Sequence record: SRR22947725_152
Direction: 5' to 3' (one strand)
Length of the DNA stretch: 40,470 nt
Shown here piece after piece: positions 10,638-19,726 of this stretch. Below the pieces are notes generated by a model that ran no database searches, had not been told where the DNA came from, and was given only the letters and a program-made list of their open reading frames with translations. Numbering within the stretch: position 1 is the stretch's first letter; each line of letters begins with the position of its first letter. The position numbers were made by a program, and so were the translations under genes.

Positions 10638-11339
10638 ATGATGAAAATGCAGGCGCAGGAGCTTTCTCAGGAGTTTGACTGCCCATATATAGTGACGAAT
10701 AAAGCGCGCAATGAGCATTTCTTTGCCATGGATTTAACGGCAGAAGAGTTGTCCATATATTTACAGACCGGTTGGCGCAAGTTTGGTTGGTATTATTTCC
10801 GGCCCATGTGCTCGGGTTGTCGCGCCTGTGTGCCTTTGCGGGTTTTGAGTTATGACTACAAGCCTTCTCGCAGTCAGCGCAAGGTGATTAATAAGAATGT
10901 CAATACAGAGTTTCGCGTTTGTGAACTTGAGTTTCGAGATGAAATTTTTGATTTGTATAAAAAGCATTCTGCGGATCGATTTGAGCAGAAGGTGGAGAAA
11001 AAAGAATTTATAGAGACGCATTATTTCCCCTCTTGTCCCACCTTTCAGACCGAGTATTTCATTGATGGTCAACTTGTAGCAGTTGGATACCTCGATCAAA
11101 GTACAGAAGGCTTGAGTAGTGTATATTTCATTTACGATACGGCCTACCAACACTTAAGCCTTGGAGTTTACGGGGCGATTCGCGAAATTGACTTGGCCAA
11201 AAAATTGCACTTACCCTATTATTACCTTGGTTATTGGATTAAAGAGAACCAGTCCATGGAGTATAAAAACCGCTACTATCCTCACGAAGTCTATAATTGG
11301 CAGAAAGAAGATTGGGACCGCCGCGACAAGAAGTCTTAG
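10638..11339 (+). CDS. bpt: Aminoacyl-tRNA--protein transferase, bacterial Ate/Bpt family (N-degron pathway)
   Basis: CPYI, GWRKFG..YFRPMC..C.ACVPLR, SRSQRK, GLSSVYFIYD, SLGVY, YYLGYWI..N.SM.YK. Confidence 0.88.
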   Translation: MMKMQAQELSQEFDCPYIVTNKARNEHFFAMDLTAEELSIYLQTGWRKFGWYYFRPMCSGCRACVPLRVLSYDYKPSRSQRKVINKNVNTEFRVCELEFRDEIFDLYKKHSADRFEQKVEKKEFIETHYFPSCPTFQTEYFIDGQLVAVGYLDQSTEGLSSVYFIYDTAYQHLSLGVYGAIREIDLAKKLHLPYYYLGYWIKENQSMEYKNRYYPHEVYNWQKEDWDRRDKKS

Positions 11340-12940
11340 TCTCGGTGAAATGCCGCCATAGCCGCTAATGAGACGGCATAGTCTTCAGGAATACCGACTT
11401 GGATATATGAACACTGAACATTGGTGTTTGTGTAGGTATTAAGGCCGTGATTGATTTCATCTTCACTGATGATGTTGTCGATGATAAAGCTAAGTAAGAC
11501 TTGGCGTAGGTATTGATTGTATTGACGGTGTGATATAACTATGGCCCAATTTGTCAAATGTCGATCTACCCAAGGCCATAGCTTTTTATAGGGAAATATG
11601 GCGGCAAAGGGCGAGAAAAGGAGGCCGACTAGGGTGATGACTGCTCTAAAGTCTGTGTCGCTTTCGGGGATGAGGCTATTTTTAGCCCAAAAGAATGGTG
11701 TAGATATGAGCGCCGCGATCAGTGTGAAGAGAATTAATTTAGCAAGTTTTTCACCAAATGTGAGGATACTCATCAGTCTCGGTATGCGATTGTAGCGGCC
11801 GTTATTGAGACTTTTTAAGAAGTTGAAAATTGATAGGATTGAATCTTCTTCAGGTACTTTAAGGCCGCGGGCATACTTAAACTCTTCGGCAATGCTGTTG
11901 AGCATCTTAAAAGCTGGTGAGATATGTGAACTCTGATAGCGAACATTATCCGTTAAGTACTGCGGATCGCGGAGTTTTTTCATCAGTGTATAGAAGTGAA
12001 TCTCAGATTCGAGTCCGGGGTACTCACAATAGATCTGTATGCAGTCGACCAGGTCATCTTGGATATTTTTTTCTTCTGGCAGGTAATGGCTTAAGCTTTC
12101 GGCGAATTCTATGAGGCGGTCGATAAAATCGAGTTTTTCATCGAGATAATCGTTATTGAACTCGAGATTTGAATTGAGCTCTTCGACTTGCTTCAGAATC
12201 CATTCTTTAGGAAATCTAAAGAAGTAACGGCTGATAATGCGGCTATAAAAAACCGGGGCATCATTTTTTTCTTCGAAAGGTATTTTTTCTTCACAGGTTT
12301 TAAGGAGAGCGAGGAAATCATCGCGACTTTTTTCCCGTAGTATTTTTTGCAGTAGAGCTTCTGCATTGTAGTAAAAACCTTTTAGAACAGGAGCAATCTT
12401 TGGCAAGAGTACTTCTATTTCATCAATCTCTAAATCTTCTTTGAGAAAAAAGGCGGTAAATTGCGCTATTAAAGGGTCATCTGGGAATTCTTGGAGAAGA
12501 CCAGGGAGTTCTTTTACAATGGCAGACTTTCCTGACAATTGCTCTAAGAGAGCGAGATACAACAGAGTTTCTTTAGTGGACCTATCGGTTTTACCTTGCA
12601 GCTCCTGAAAGATTTTTTGACAGTTTTCTTCCGAGAAGTCCGAGTAGTTTTGGGCAAGGGTTTGATTCTGCGGAATGAAGATGATTTTTTCATCAAAGTT
12701 CTCTTCATCTTGGCTTTCAGCCGGCGAGGTCTCTTCGGCTTTTTGGGGAGTTGTTAGGCCATAAGCCAATTCACTTTCTAGTTGTTCATAAGCCGCGCGA
12801 ATTTGTTTAAATTCTTCAGGGAATTTTTCCGGTTTATAGCGCTTAATTTTTCGAGTGTAAGCTCTTTTTAGATCCTTGGCGGTAAAACCCTCTGGGAGCT
12901 CAAAAAAGTCTTTAGGGTCATTAATTTCAAAATCGCTCAT
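11336..12940 (-). CDS. J-domain-containing membrane protein (DjlB/DjlC-like co-chaperone) with KPE in place of HPD
   Basis: N-terminal DPKDFFEL...LKRAYTRKIKRYKPEKFPEEFKQIRAAYEQL J-domain; two C-terminal hydrophobic segments. Start moved to ATG 12940, which overlaps the upstream TAA (TAATG). Confidence 0.8.
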   Translation of the reverse strand: MSDFEINDPKDFFELPEGFTAKDLKRAYTRKIKRYKPEKFPEEFKQIRAAYEQLESELAYGLTTPQKAEETSPAESQDEENFDEKIIFIPQNQTLAQNYSDFSEENCQKIFQELQGKTDRSTKETLLYLALLEQLSGKSAIVKELPGLLQEFPDDPLIAQFTAFFLKEDLEIDEIEVLLPKIAPVLKGFYYNAEALLQKILREKSRDDFLALLKTCEEKIPFEEKNDAPVFYSRIISRYFFRFPKEWILKQVEELNSNLEFNNDYLDEKLDFIDRLIEFAESLSHYLPEEKNIQDDLVDCIQIYCEYPGLESEIHFYTLMKKLRDPQYLTDNVRYQSSHISPAFKMLNSIAEEFKYARGLKVPEEDSILSIFNFLKSLNNGRYNRIPRLMSILTFGEKLAKLILFTLIAALISTPFFWAKNSLIPESDTDFRAVITLVGLLFSPFAAIFPYKKLWPWVDRHLTNWAIVISHRQYNQYLRQVLLSFIIDNIISEDEINHGLNTYTNTNVQCSYIQVGIPEDYAVSLAAMAAFHRD

Positions 12941-13587
12941 TATTGGCCCACATATTGAATGAATTTGAAAAGAAGCCATATCAAAAAGATAATTAGGTAG
13001 CCATACCCAGAAGATTCCTTATCGCGATTAAAGAGTCGTTCTTTGAGGCTGGGGCCTTTATAGACTAAGTCCTGTTGGTGAAGGCCATATGTTTTAGGCA
13101 CAAGGGCTTTAAACTCATGACAGAGGGTATTGTGCCACTTGGCGATGCTTTTGTTCGAAGTGGCTTTGAGTTTAAACTTTTTATAAAGAATAAGCGCCTC
13201 TGTTTCCGTCGCCGTATAGTACTGCTTGTGAAAGTTGATGACGGCATCTGGCGTCTTAGGGTACTTTTGAAAGATCACCTCTATGGCGTGCTTGTCTGTG
13301 GCTACTTGTTTGAGGTTTGAGTACCACTTTTCCAATTCAGGGTAGGGACCGCTGTGAAATTCGTTTAGTTTAGTTTCGAGTTCTGTGTCCTGCCAAAATT
13401 TTTTAGAGATATCTTGCAGCGTTACTTTTGAGTTTTGGCGCTGTTCGGTATCGGGTATATAAACAGGGTCGGCTGGTTTGACTGCAAAATACTGCCGCCG
13501 GTGATAGACAAATTCTTCGATATTGTCTTCATCAAGAGCGGCCACGGCATTTTTAAAGTACTCGGCGACATCTTTTTTGGAACTCAT
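12940..13587 (-). CDS. Hypothetical protein with C-terminal membrane anchor
   Basis: 215-aa ORF coupled to both neighbours (ATGA and TAATG overlaps); C-terminal YGYLIIFLIWLLFKFI. Confidence 0.8.
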   Translation of the reverse strand: MSSKKDVAEYFKNAVAALDEDNIEEFVYHRRQYFAVKPADPVYIPDTEQRQNSKVTLQDISKKFWQDTELETKLNEFHSGPYPELEKWYSNLKQVATDKHAIEVIFQKYPKTPDAVINFHKQYYTATETEALILYKKFKLKATSNKSIAKWHNTLCHEFKALVPKTYGLHQQDLVYKGPSLKERLFNRDKESSGYGYLIIFLIWLLFKFIQYVGQ

Positions 13588-15320
13588 TCATTGAGTCCTT
13601 CGGGGCGGTGTTTAAAGGGATAGCCGAGGCTGGAGAGCTTAAGGAGGAGTTCTTTTTGAGCATTGTTGAAGAAGTCTTCGTCGCCACTGCTCATGGAGAC
13701 TTCAAATTGATCAATTACTTGTTCGAGGCCCTGGCGTTCTAATTGGTTGATCTCCCCGATGATCGATTCGGCAAAGAGCACGAGATGTTGGTTGTTTTGC
13801 TCATCGCGGGGATAGAATTTTAATTCCTGTAATTTTTTGACGGCGATTTGTACTTCAGATTCGCTGAGATTTTTGACATTATTGGTCAAAAGGGTGCGGT
13901 ACTTCTTGCCGTTTTTAGGGATGTATACTTCAACTTCGAGAATGCCGTTCATATCGTAGCTAAAGCGAACATTAATCGGCTGACCTTCGGGCCCTGGCGG
14001 TAATTCTTCGATCGCCAACTCACCCAATTTATGGTTGTCTTTGACTTTACGGCTTTCGCCCTGGTAGATTTCCACGGTTAATTTTTGCTGGTTGTCGTGC
14101 ATGGTGTAGACAACTTCTTCTTTTGAAACGGGGATGACGGTATTGCGGTGAATGACAGGTAAAAAATAACCGCTGTGATTTTGGTGGCCAAAAACTTTGA
14201 CGATCTGCATGCCGAGGGTAAAAGGGCAGACATCGGTCATGACCATATCTTCCACAGCAGTTTCATCTTTGATCAGAGCCGCTTGGACTGCAGCTCCAAG
14301 GGCGACGACTTGATCCGGGTCATGTTTGCAACAGGCTTCTTTCTTAAAAAAATCTTTGACGTAGTCACTGACGAGTGACATGCGGGTTGCACCGCCAACC
14401 AGTATGACGTCATCTATTTCATCGGGCAGTGATTCAGAGTCGCGCAAAGCTCGTATGACCGGCTTTTGTAGGCGTTCCATAAGTTCGGCGGCTATTTCTT
14501 TAAATTGATCATGGGTGACTAGCACTTGGCGCTCAGTGAGGTTTCCTTGATCATCGGGAATTTTAATCGCCACTTCACTTTCATGGGTAAATTTTCTTTT
14601 GGCTTCTTCACAGAGCTTGAGGAGTCGGGCAAAAAGCTCAGGCTGTTTAAATTCAACCATTTCAAAATTCATCCCGACTTCTTTGAGAACCCAAGAGGCT
14701 AAGCGATTTGTAAAATCTTCGCCTCCGAGAAAACTTTCGCCAGCAGTCGACGATATTTCTAAAGCCCCTTCAAAAATTTCCATAATGGTGACGTCAAAAG
14801 TACCGCCGCCAAGATCGATTATCATTAACTTTTTATCGGCATCCTGCTCGTGAAAGCCATAGACGAGAGCTGCGGCAGTCGGTTCGTTGATGATACGCCT
14901 AATATTGAGCCCAGCGATGGTGCCGGCCATTTTCGTGGCTTGGCGTTGGTGGTCATTGAAGTAGGCAGGAACCGTGACGATCACTTCTTTCACAGGGTGA
15001 CCGAGAAATTTTTCGGCATCTTCTTTGAGAGTTTTAAGAATAATTGCGGATAATTCAGGAGGATTAAACTTTTTTTCACCGAGTTTGTAGGTGGAGTCTG
15101 TCCCCATATTTCTTTTGAAGCAGGTGACAGCTTTTTCAGGTTGAGTTATTTGCAACTCTTTAGCGGCTGCTCCAACGATAATTTGGCCATCGAGCAATCC
15201 AACTGCGGAAGGAGTAAGAAACTGGCCTTGGGCATTGGGAATGAGAAGGGGCTTCCCATCTTTAAAAACAGCACAAAGAGAATTTGTCGTGCCTAAATCA
15301 ATGCCGATAATTGTTTCCAT
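13584..15320 (-). CDS. hscC: Hsp70 family chaperone, HscC (Hsc62) type
   Basis: IIGIDLGTTNS, TVPAYFND.QRQAT, INEPTAAA, DLGGGTFDV, LVGGATRM, MTDVCPFTLG linker, and the KFYPRD C-terminal segment typical of HscC; 578 aa, shorter than DnaK. Confidence 0.88.
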   Translation of the reverse strand: METIIGIDLGTTNSLCAVFKDGKPLLIPNAQGQFLTPSAVGLLDGQIIVGAAAKELQITQPEKAVTCFKRNMGTDSTYKLGEKKFNPPELSAIILKTLKEDAEKFLGHPVKEVIVTVPAYFNDHQRQATKMAGTIAGLNIRRIINEPTAAALVYGFHEQDADKKLMIIDLGGGTFDVTIMEIFEGALEISSTAGESFLGGEDFTNRLASWVLKEVGMNFEMVEFKQPELFARLLKLCEEAKRKFTHESEVAIKIPDDQGNLTERQVLVTHDQFKEIAAELMERLQKPVIRALRDSESLPDEIDDVILVGGATRMSLVSDYVKDFFKKEACCKHDPDQVVALGAAVQAALIKDETAVEDMVMTDVCPFTLGMQIVKVFGHQNHSGYFLPVIHRNTVIPVSKEEVVYTMHDNQQKLTVEIYQGESRKVKDNHKLGELAIEELPPGPEGQPINVRFSYDMNGILEVEVYIPKNGKKYRTLLTNNVKNLSESEVQIAVKKLQELKFYPRDEQNNQHLVLFAESIIGEINQLERQGLEQVIDQFEVSMSSGDEDFFNNAQKELLLKLSSLGYPFKHRPEGLNE

Positions 15321-15404
15321 AAACTTCCCTTGCTAATAAGTACTAAAGTTAAACTTCATTGTCTTCAGGTGAAGTTCAAGTAAAAAGGGCTGGTGAAGGC
15401 AGAA

Positions 15405-15680
15405 TTACTCTTTATAAAATTCAACTTTTAGTTCGACTGGGCCACAAACTTTTACATGGTGCCAAGCTTGTGGGACGATGTTGACCGATTGCTCTGGAGT
15501 GGCGGTAATTTCGCTATTATTCTCCAAGTCAACGAAGACCACAGAACCTGAAATAACAACGAGCTTACCCCAAGTGCCGGCTTTGGTATTATGGCGCTTG
15601 AGAATAGCTTTTGGTATAGACTCTTGCGTGAATGTCGGAGTTGCCTTGTAGAATTGGACATTTTCAGGCATCGGGTTCAT
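15405..15680 (-). CDS. DUF1971 / YeaR-like cupin (tellurite-resistance associated)
   Basis: YKATPTFTQESIP..IL.RHNTKAGTWGKL.V..G, PQAWHHV, VEFY. Confidence 0.85.
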   Translation of the reverse strand: MNPMPENVQFYKATPTFTQESIPKAILKRHNTKAGTWGKLVVISGSVVFVDLENNSEITATPEQSVNIVPQAWHHVKVCGPVELKVEFYKE

Positions 15681-15682
15681 TT

Positions 15683-18600
15683 TTATTCACCCAGTAGGAA
15701 TCTTAAGTCTTTCTCGTCGAGGTCACCTAGTTTAGTGGGTATGCCTTCCATGATATTTTCAAAAAGCTTGCGCTTTTGCTGTTGGAGAGCGAGGACCTTA
15801 TCTTCGATGGTGTCTTTCACAACCAGCTTGATGACATTGACCGATTTCTCTTGGCCAATGCGGTGCGTTCGGTCAGTAGCTTGATCTTCTACTTGAGGAT
15901 TCCACCACATATCGTAGTGAATAACCGTATCGGCTCCAGTGAGGTTCAGGCCTGTACCACCGGCTTTTAGACTCAGGAGGAAGACTGGAATAGTGTCATC
16001 GCTATTAAAGCGATCGACTTTCTCTTGGCGATTGTTACTAGCACCATCGAGGTACTCAAACTTAATACCTTCTTCTTTCAGCCAATTGGCGATGATTTTG
16101 AGCATCGAAGTGAATTGACTAAAGACAAGTACTCGGCGTGAGCTATCGCGAATTTCATAAAGTAATTCTTTGAGAAGTTCAAACTTGGAGGACTCTATTT
16201 CTTTACCAGCGTCTTTTACGGCTTTGATGAGGCCAGGGTGACAGCAGGCTTGTCGAAGTTTCATCAACAGGGCAAGAACGGTAAAGCGTTTCTGGTTGAG
16301 CTTGCCATCGAGTTCGTCGTAAATAGTACCGGCTTCGCGGGCAATCGCTGCATAGAGGCTCTTTTGTTCCTTGTTGAGTTCACAATAGAGAACTTGCTCT
16401 TGTTTCGGAGGCAGCTGCATGAGTAGATCGTTTTTCAGGCGGCGCAGAATAAAGGGACGTATGCGGGTCGCCAATTCTTGAGCCGGAGTCATTTGAGTTT
16501 CCTCATTAACTTCGATGGGGTTGAGCTCAAAGCGCCCTTTGAAGTCTTTGATTGAACCTAAAAGACCAGGAAGAATAAAGTCAAATAAGGACCATAAATC
16601 GCGCAGAGAGTTTTCTACTGGGGTACCTGATAAGACCAGTTTAAAATGAGCATTTAAAAGACGGCAGCTTTGCGATGTCTGAGAAGCGTGATTTTTGATG
16701 TTTTGAGCTTCATCCAGGATGAGGTTGTCAATTTCAAGGCTTTGGTAGAAATCGATATCGCGACGAATAAGAGCATAAGAAGTAATAAGGATATCGGCTT
16801 CCTTAAGGCTTTTGTCTTTGAGGTCGCGTTTGGTCCCGGAGATCACTCTTACTTTTAGGTGAGGCACAAAACGCTGTGCTTCATTGTGCCAGTTGTCGAT
16901 GAGACTTTTGGGACAGATAACTACACTGGGGCTATTTTTGCTTTCGTGGCGGCTGGTTATAAGCGATAAGGCCTGAATCGTTTTACCGAGGCCCATTTCA
17001 TCGGCGAGAACACAGTTGAAACCTATGTCTTTCATAGTCTGTAACCAAGCGATACCATCTTTTTGGTATTCTCTGAGTGTTTCATCGAGCTCATCACTTA
17101 ATTGATTCGGTTCTGCTGGGGCATCGAGTAATTTAGTCTGAATTTCCTGCCAAGGTGCGCTATTTTCATCGAGGTAACCGCTGAGGATATGGTTCATCAT
17201 CATGGACATATATCTCGAGAAGCGGTACTTGCCTTTAGTCATAGTTTCGAGTTGAGGCATATGTTTAAGGGCGTGCTTGGTTTCTTCATCGATTTTTACG
17301 AGGGAACCATCTTTCATGAGGACGAGGTCTTGGTCGCGGCGAATGGCTTTGATGATGGACTGCCAATCATTGATAGATTCTTCATTTACCTGGAAATCGA
17401 CGTTGAGTTCGACCCAATTTTCACTTTCGTCGACGGTGTGAGCCTTCATTTGAACAGGGCGAATATGCCTGGCCGATGTGGAGAAAGTTTCAGAGTAATA
17501 AATTTTCCAAGTCTGATTGAGCTCTGGTAAGATTTTCAGTAAAAAGTGGCTTATGGCATCGAAATCACTGATAAAAAAGGTATTTTCGGCGCCTTCTTGT
17601 TGCTCAAATTTATTTTCAGTTAACCAAATGTAAGCTTCTTCTTCTGCTTGTTGATCGCGTACAACGAATTGATAACCATTCCAGACAGTTGTCGAAGATG
17701 ATTTTATACTGATATAACTTCCGTACTCAAAGAAAATAGTGGCTTTAATGACACCGTTATTCCAGTCGAGATTGAGAAGAGGGGTACAAGGTTCTTCTAT
17801 GAGGGCAGAGCTTTCATCTGTTAGGTGTAATTCAACGGGGATGGTATTTTCTTCACAGGCTAGTCTTAGCATGGTGAAGTCTTCTTCTCCAAGGTAAATT
17901 TCTTCACCTTCCAGAAAGCCACTGATCCATTGGATGTCTGCTATACCAGGTAACCAGAAATAGTCATGGTTAAAGCCTATCCAATAGCCACTTATACCCG
18001 CGAGAAGACTACAGTCTTTAAGTTGTAGTAAACCGAGTTCACCGATACTGACAGTTGGTTTAAGGCGGTAACCTTTTTCTTCCTGGTGAACTTCGAGTTT
18101 GAGGGCCGCTTGGTGTGAGCTTATGTGCATGGTTTTTTCACCGCTGTAAAAACGGGTGAAGTTACAAAGGCAGTGAAATAAGCCGCTGAGATTGTGAGCA
18201 TTCATGACGAATTCATTGCCTTTTCGATCGACTTGGTTAGTCAAGTAGCGCATGATCATCTGATCTTGAGGCGGAAAATCTTCTAGGAGCATGCCACCAG
18301 CAGCGTTATCCATGTCGAGGAGCCGACGAATATTATTGGCGGAATAAATTTTGCCTTCATGTAAAAGTTCGGCTTTGATTTTTATCTGGTGCCAGCGGCT
18401 TTCACCTTTGGGAGGTACAGCGGTGTGCAAGGTTAACTGACCTTTATAGCGGTCAAAATGGCGGATCATGTTTTTCAGATCTTTTTTCTTCAGGGCAGAA
18501 CGGGTGGTATCTGTTGGGGGAGGTTTAGCGGCACTCCAGGCACTTTCTCCACCTTCGATACCATTACAATCTGTAAAGCAGTAGTCGAACTTTTCGCGAA

Positions 18601-18871
18601 ATGCTTTGCGGTAAGCTAGAGCCGCGGCGACGCCATGCGCACATAGGGTTCCCGACATGGAAATACCACAAGAGCACTTTGATTGAAGCGTTTCAAATTT
18701 GACGGTGAGCTGGACTTTTTCAAATTTACCGGGACGGCTAATAAGGCGAATAGTGGCGCCTTTGGTATCTGGGCTGATGTCGAGGACCGCCCCTTTTTCA
18801 AAAAGCTTCACACCTGTTTCTAGGACATCACCAGGTGACATTTCTTTGATAATTTCCGGTATATCTTCCAT
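15683..18871 (-). CDS. SWIM zinc finger + SNF2-family (SF2) helicase
   Basis: CSC...CAH SWIM motif, LREYQ, LADEMGLGKT, DEAQ, SGTPVEN, FSQFTSML, SLKAGGTGLNL, QATDRTHRIGQ. Start placed at ATG 18871 (SD AAGGA). Confidence 0.92.
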   Translation of the reverse strand: MEDIPEIIKEMSPGDVLETGVKLFEKGAVLDISPDTKGATIRLISRPGKFEKVQLTVKFETLQSKCSCGISMSGTLCAHGVAAALAYRKAFREKFDYCFTDCNGIEGGESAWSAAKPPPTDTTRSALKKKDLKNMIRHFDRYKGQLTLHTAVPPKGESRWHQIKIKAELLHEGKIYSANNIRRLLDMDNAAGGMLLEDFPPQDQMIMRYLTNQVDRKGNEFVMNAHNLSGLFHCLCNFTRFYSGEKTMHISSHQAALKLEVHQEEKGYRLKPTVSIGELGLLQLKDCSLLAGISGYWIGFNHDYFWLPGIADIQWISGFLEGEEIYLGEEDFTMLRLACEENTIPVELHLTDESSALIEEPCTPLLNLDWNNGVIKATIFFEYGSYISIKSSSTTVWNGYQFVVRDQQAEEEAYIWLTENKFEQQEGAENTFFISDFDAISHFLLKILPELNQTWKIYYSETFSTSARHIRPVQMKAHTVDESENWVELNVDFQVNEESINDWQSIIKAIRRDQDLVLMKDGSLVKIDEETKHALKHMPQLETMTKGKYRFSRYMSMMMNHILSGYLDENSAPWQEIQTKLLDAPAEPNQLSDELDETLREYQKDGIAWLQTMKDIGFNCVLADEMGLGKTIQALSLITSRHESKNSPSVVICPKSLIDNWHNEAQRFVPHLKVRVISGTKRDLKDKSLKEADILITSYALIRRDIDFYQSLEIDNLILDEAQNIKNHASQTSQSCRLLNAHFKLVLSGTPVENSLRDLWSLFDFILPGLLGSIKDFKGRFELNPIEVNEETQMTPAQELATRIRPFILRRLKNDLLMQLPPKQEQVLYCELNKEQKSLYAAIAREAGTIYDELDGKLNQKRFTVLALLMKLRQACCHPGLIKAVKDAGKEIESSKFELLKELLYEIRDSSRRVLVFSQFTSMLKIIANWLKEEGIKFEYLDGASNNRQEKVDRFNSDDTIPVFLLSLKAGGTGLNLTGADTVIHYDMWWNPQVEDQATDRTHRIGQEKSVNVIKLVVKDTIEDKVLALQQQKRKLFENIMEGIPTKLGDLDEKDLRFLLGE

Positions 18872-19062
18872 CTTGTCCTTATTAATTATAATCAGCGCAA
18901 TGTTTACCATAGTGGTTAGCCGAAAGGATTCAATAGTCCTAGTTCTGTTATAAGGACTAGTTTATATAAGCCTTCATTATAAATATGAGGTTCAATTATA
19001 ATTATTACTGATGAGTTAAGGCGCTATCATAATAATCAACACAAAAAATATAAAGGGAACTT

Positions 19063-19458
19063 ATGAAAAAAGTATTAATCATATTGTTAATTGTTATGGG
19101 GTTGGTAGTTGGCGGGGGAATGTTCGCTTGGAGTAAGGCAAAAGGGGCTTTTAATGAGGTTGTTAATACTGTCAACGGTGGTGAAATCACCAAGCCTAAT
19201 TTAGAGAATTGGCATAAGCTCGAAAAGGGAATGAGTATTGAAAAGGCCCAGGAGTTACTAGGCAATAGCATCGCTTATACGGTCACGGTGAATGACATCG
19301 AGACAACCTACCTGATCTACACTTATTCAGAAGGTTTGTTATCGGCTCCATCAGATAAGAGTCACAACCTGGAATTTGATAACGAGGGAAAACTTGTTAA
19401 ATGGAATGAGCCCAAAACAGTGATTGTTAAGGCAGAAGTAAGTTCGGCAAGTAAGTAA
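19063..19458 (+). CDS. Exported/membrane-anchored protein with SmpA/BamE-like domain
   Basis: N-terminal hydrophobic segment; LEKGMSIEKAQELLG motif, Y.Y and LEFDNEGKLV. Confidence 0.65.
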   Translation: MKKVLIILLIVMGLVVGGGMFAWSKAKGAFNEVVNTVNGGEITKPNLENWHKLEKGMSIEKAQELLGNSIAYTVTVNDIETTYLIYTYSEGLLSAPSDKSHNLEFDNEGKLVKWNEPKTVIVKAEVSSASK

Positions 19459-19505
19459 AGAGGGAGGAGTAACTTTGAAGCCGTAAAGGTTTCTTAGTTA
19501 TACGG

Positions 19506-19539
19506 AAGGACCGTACCATCAATGGTGCGGTCCTTTTTT
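19506..19539 (+). terminator. Intrinsic terminator
   Basis: AAGGACCGTACCAT pairs with ATGGTGCGGTCCTT (one G-U pair), followed by a T-tract. Confidence 0.85.
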
Positions 19540-19642
19540 GGTTTATAGCATTATAACAATCATAAAATTTGTAAATAACTGCTAAAATGAGTTATTTTAA
19601 AAACGGGTAAGTTGAGAGTGTATTGAGTTATTTTTCATACTC

Positions 19643-19669
19643 TTCACACAATTTTCACAGAAGGTTTAT
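19643..19669 (+). promoter_or_regulatory. CreB/OmpR-family direct-repeat box (TTCAC-N6-TTCAC)
   Basis: TTCAC at 19643 and 19654 (11-bp period), third degenerate TTTAT at 19665, about 60-85 bp upstream of ATG 19727. Confidence 0.55.
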
Positions 19670-19726
19670 ACAGGCATTCCATTTTGAGGTGTCGTCATTT
19701 GTGAATTAATTATGTGAGGAGAGACC

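Noticed and set aside
13584-15320. Calling the Hsp70 gene dnaK
   Set aside because: Short length, MTDVCPFTLG linker, HscC-type C-terminus and no grpE/dnaJ context.
18934-18959. TAGTCCT-N12-AGGACTA palindrome as an operator
   Set aside because: 7-bp arms in AT-rich DNA can arise by chance, and no regulator lies nearby.
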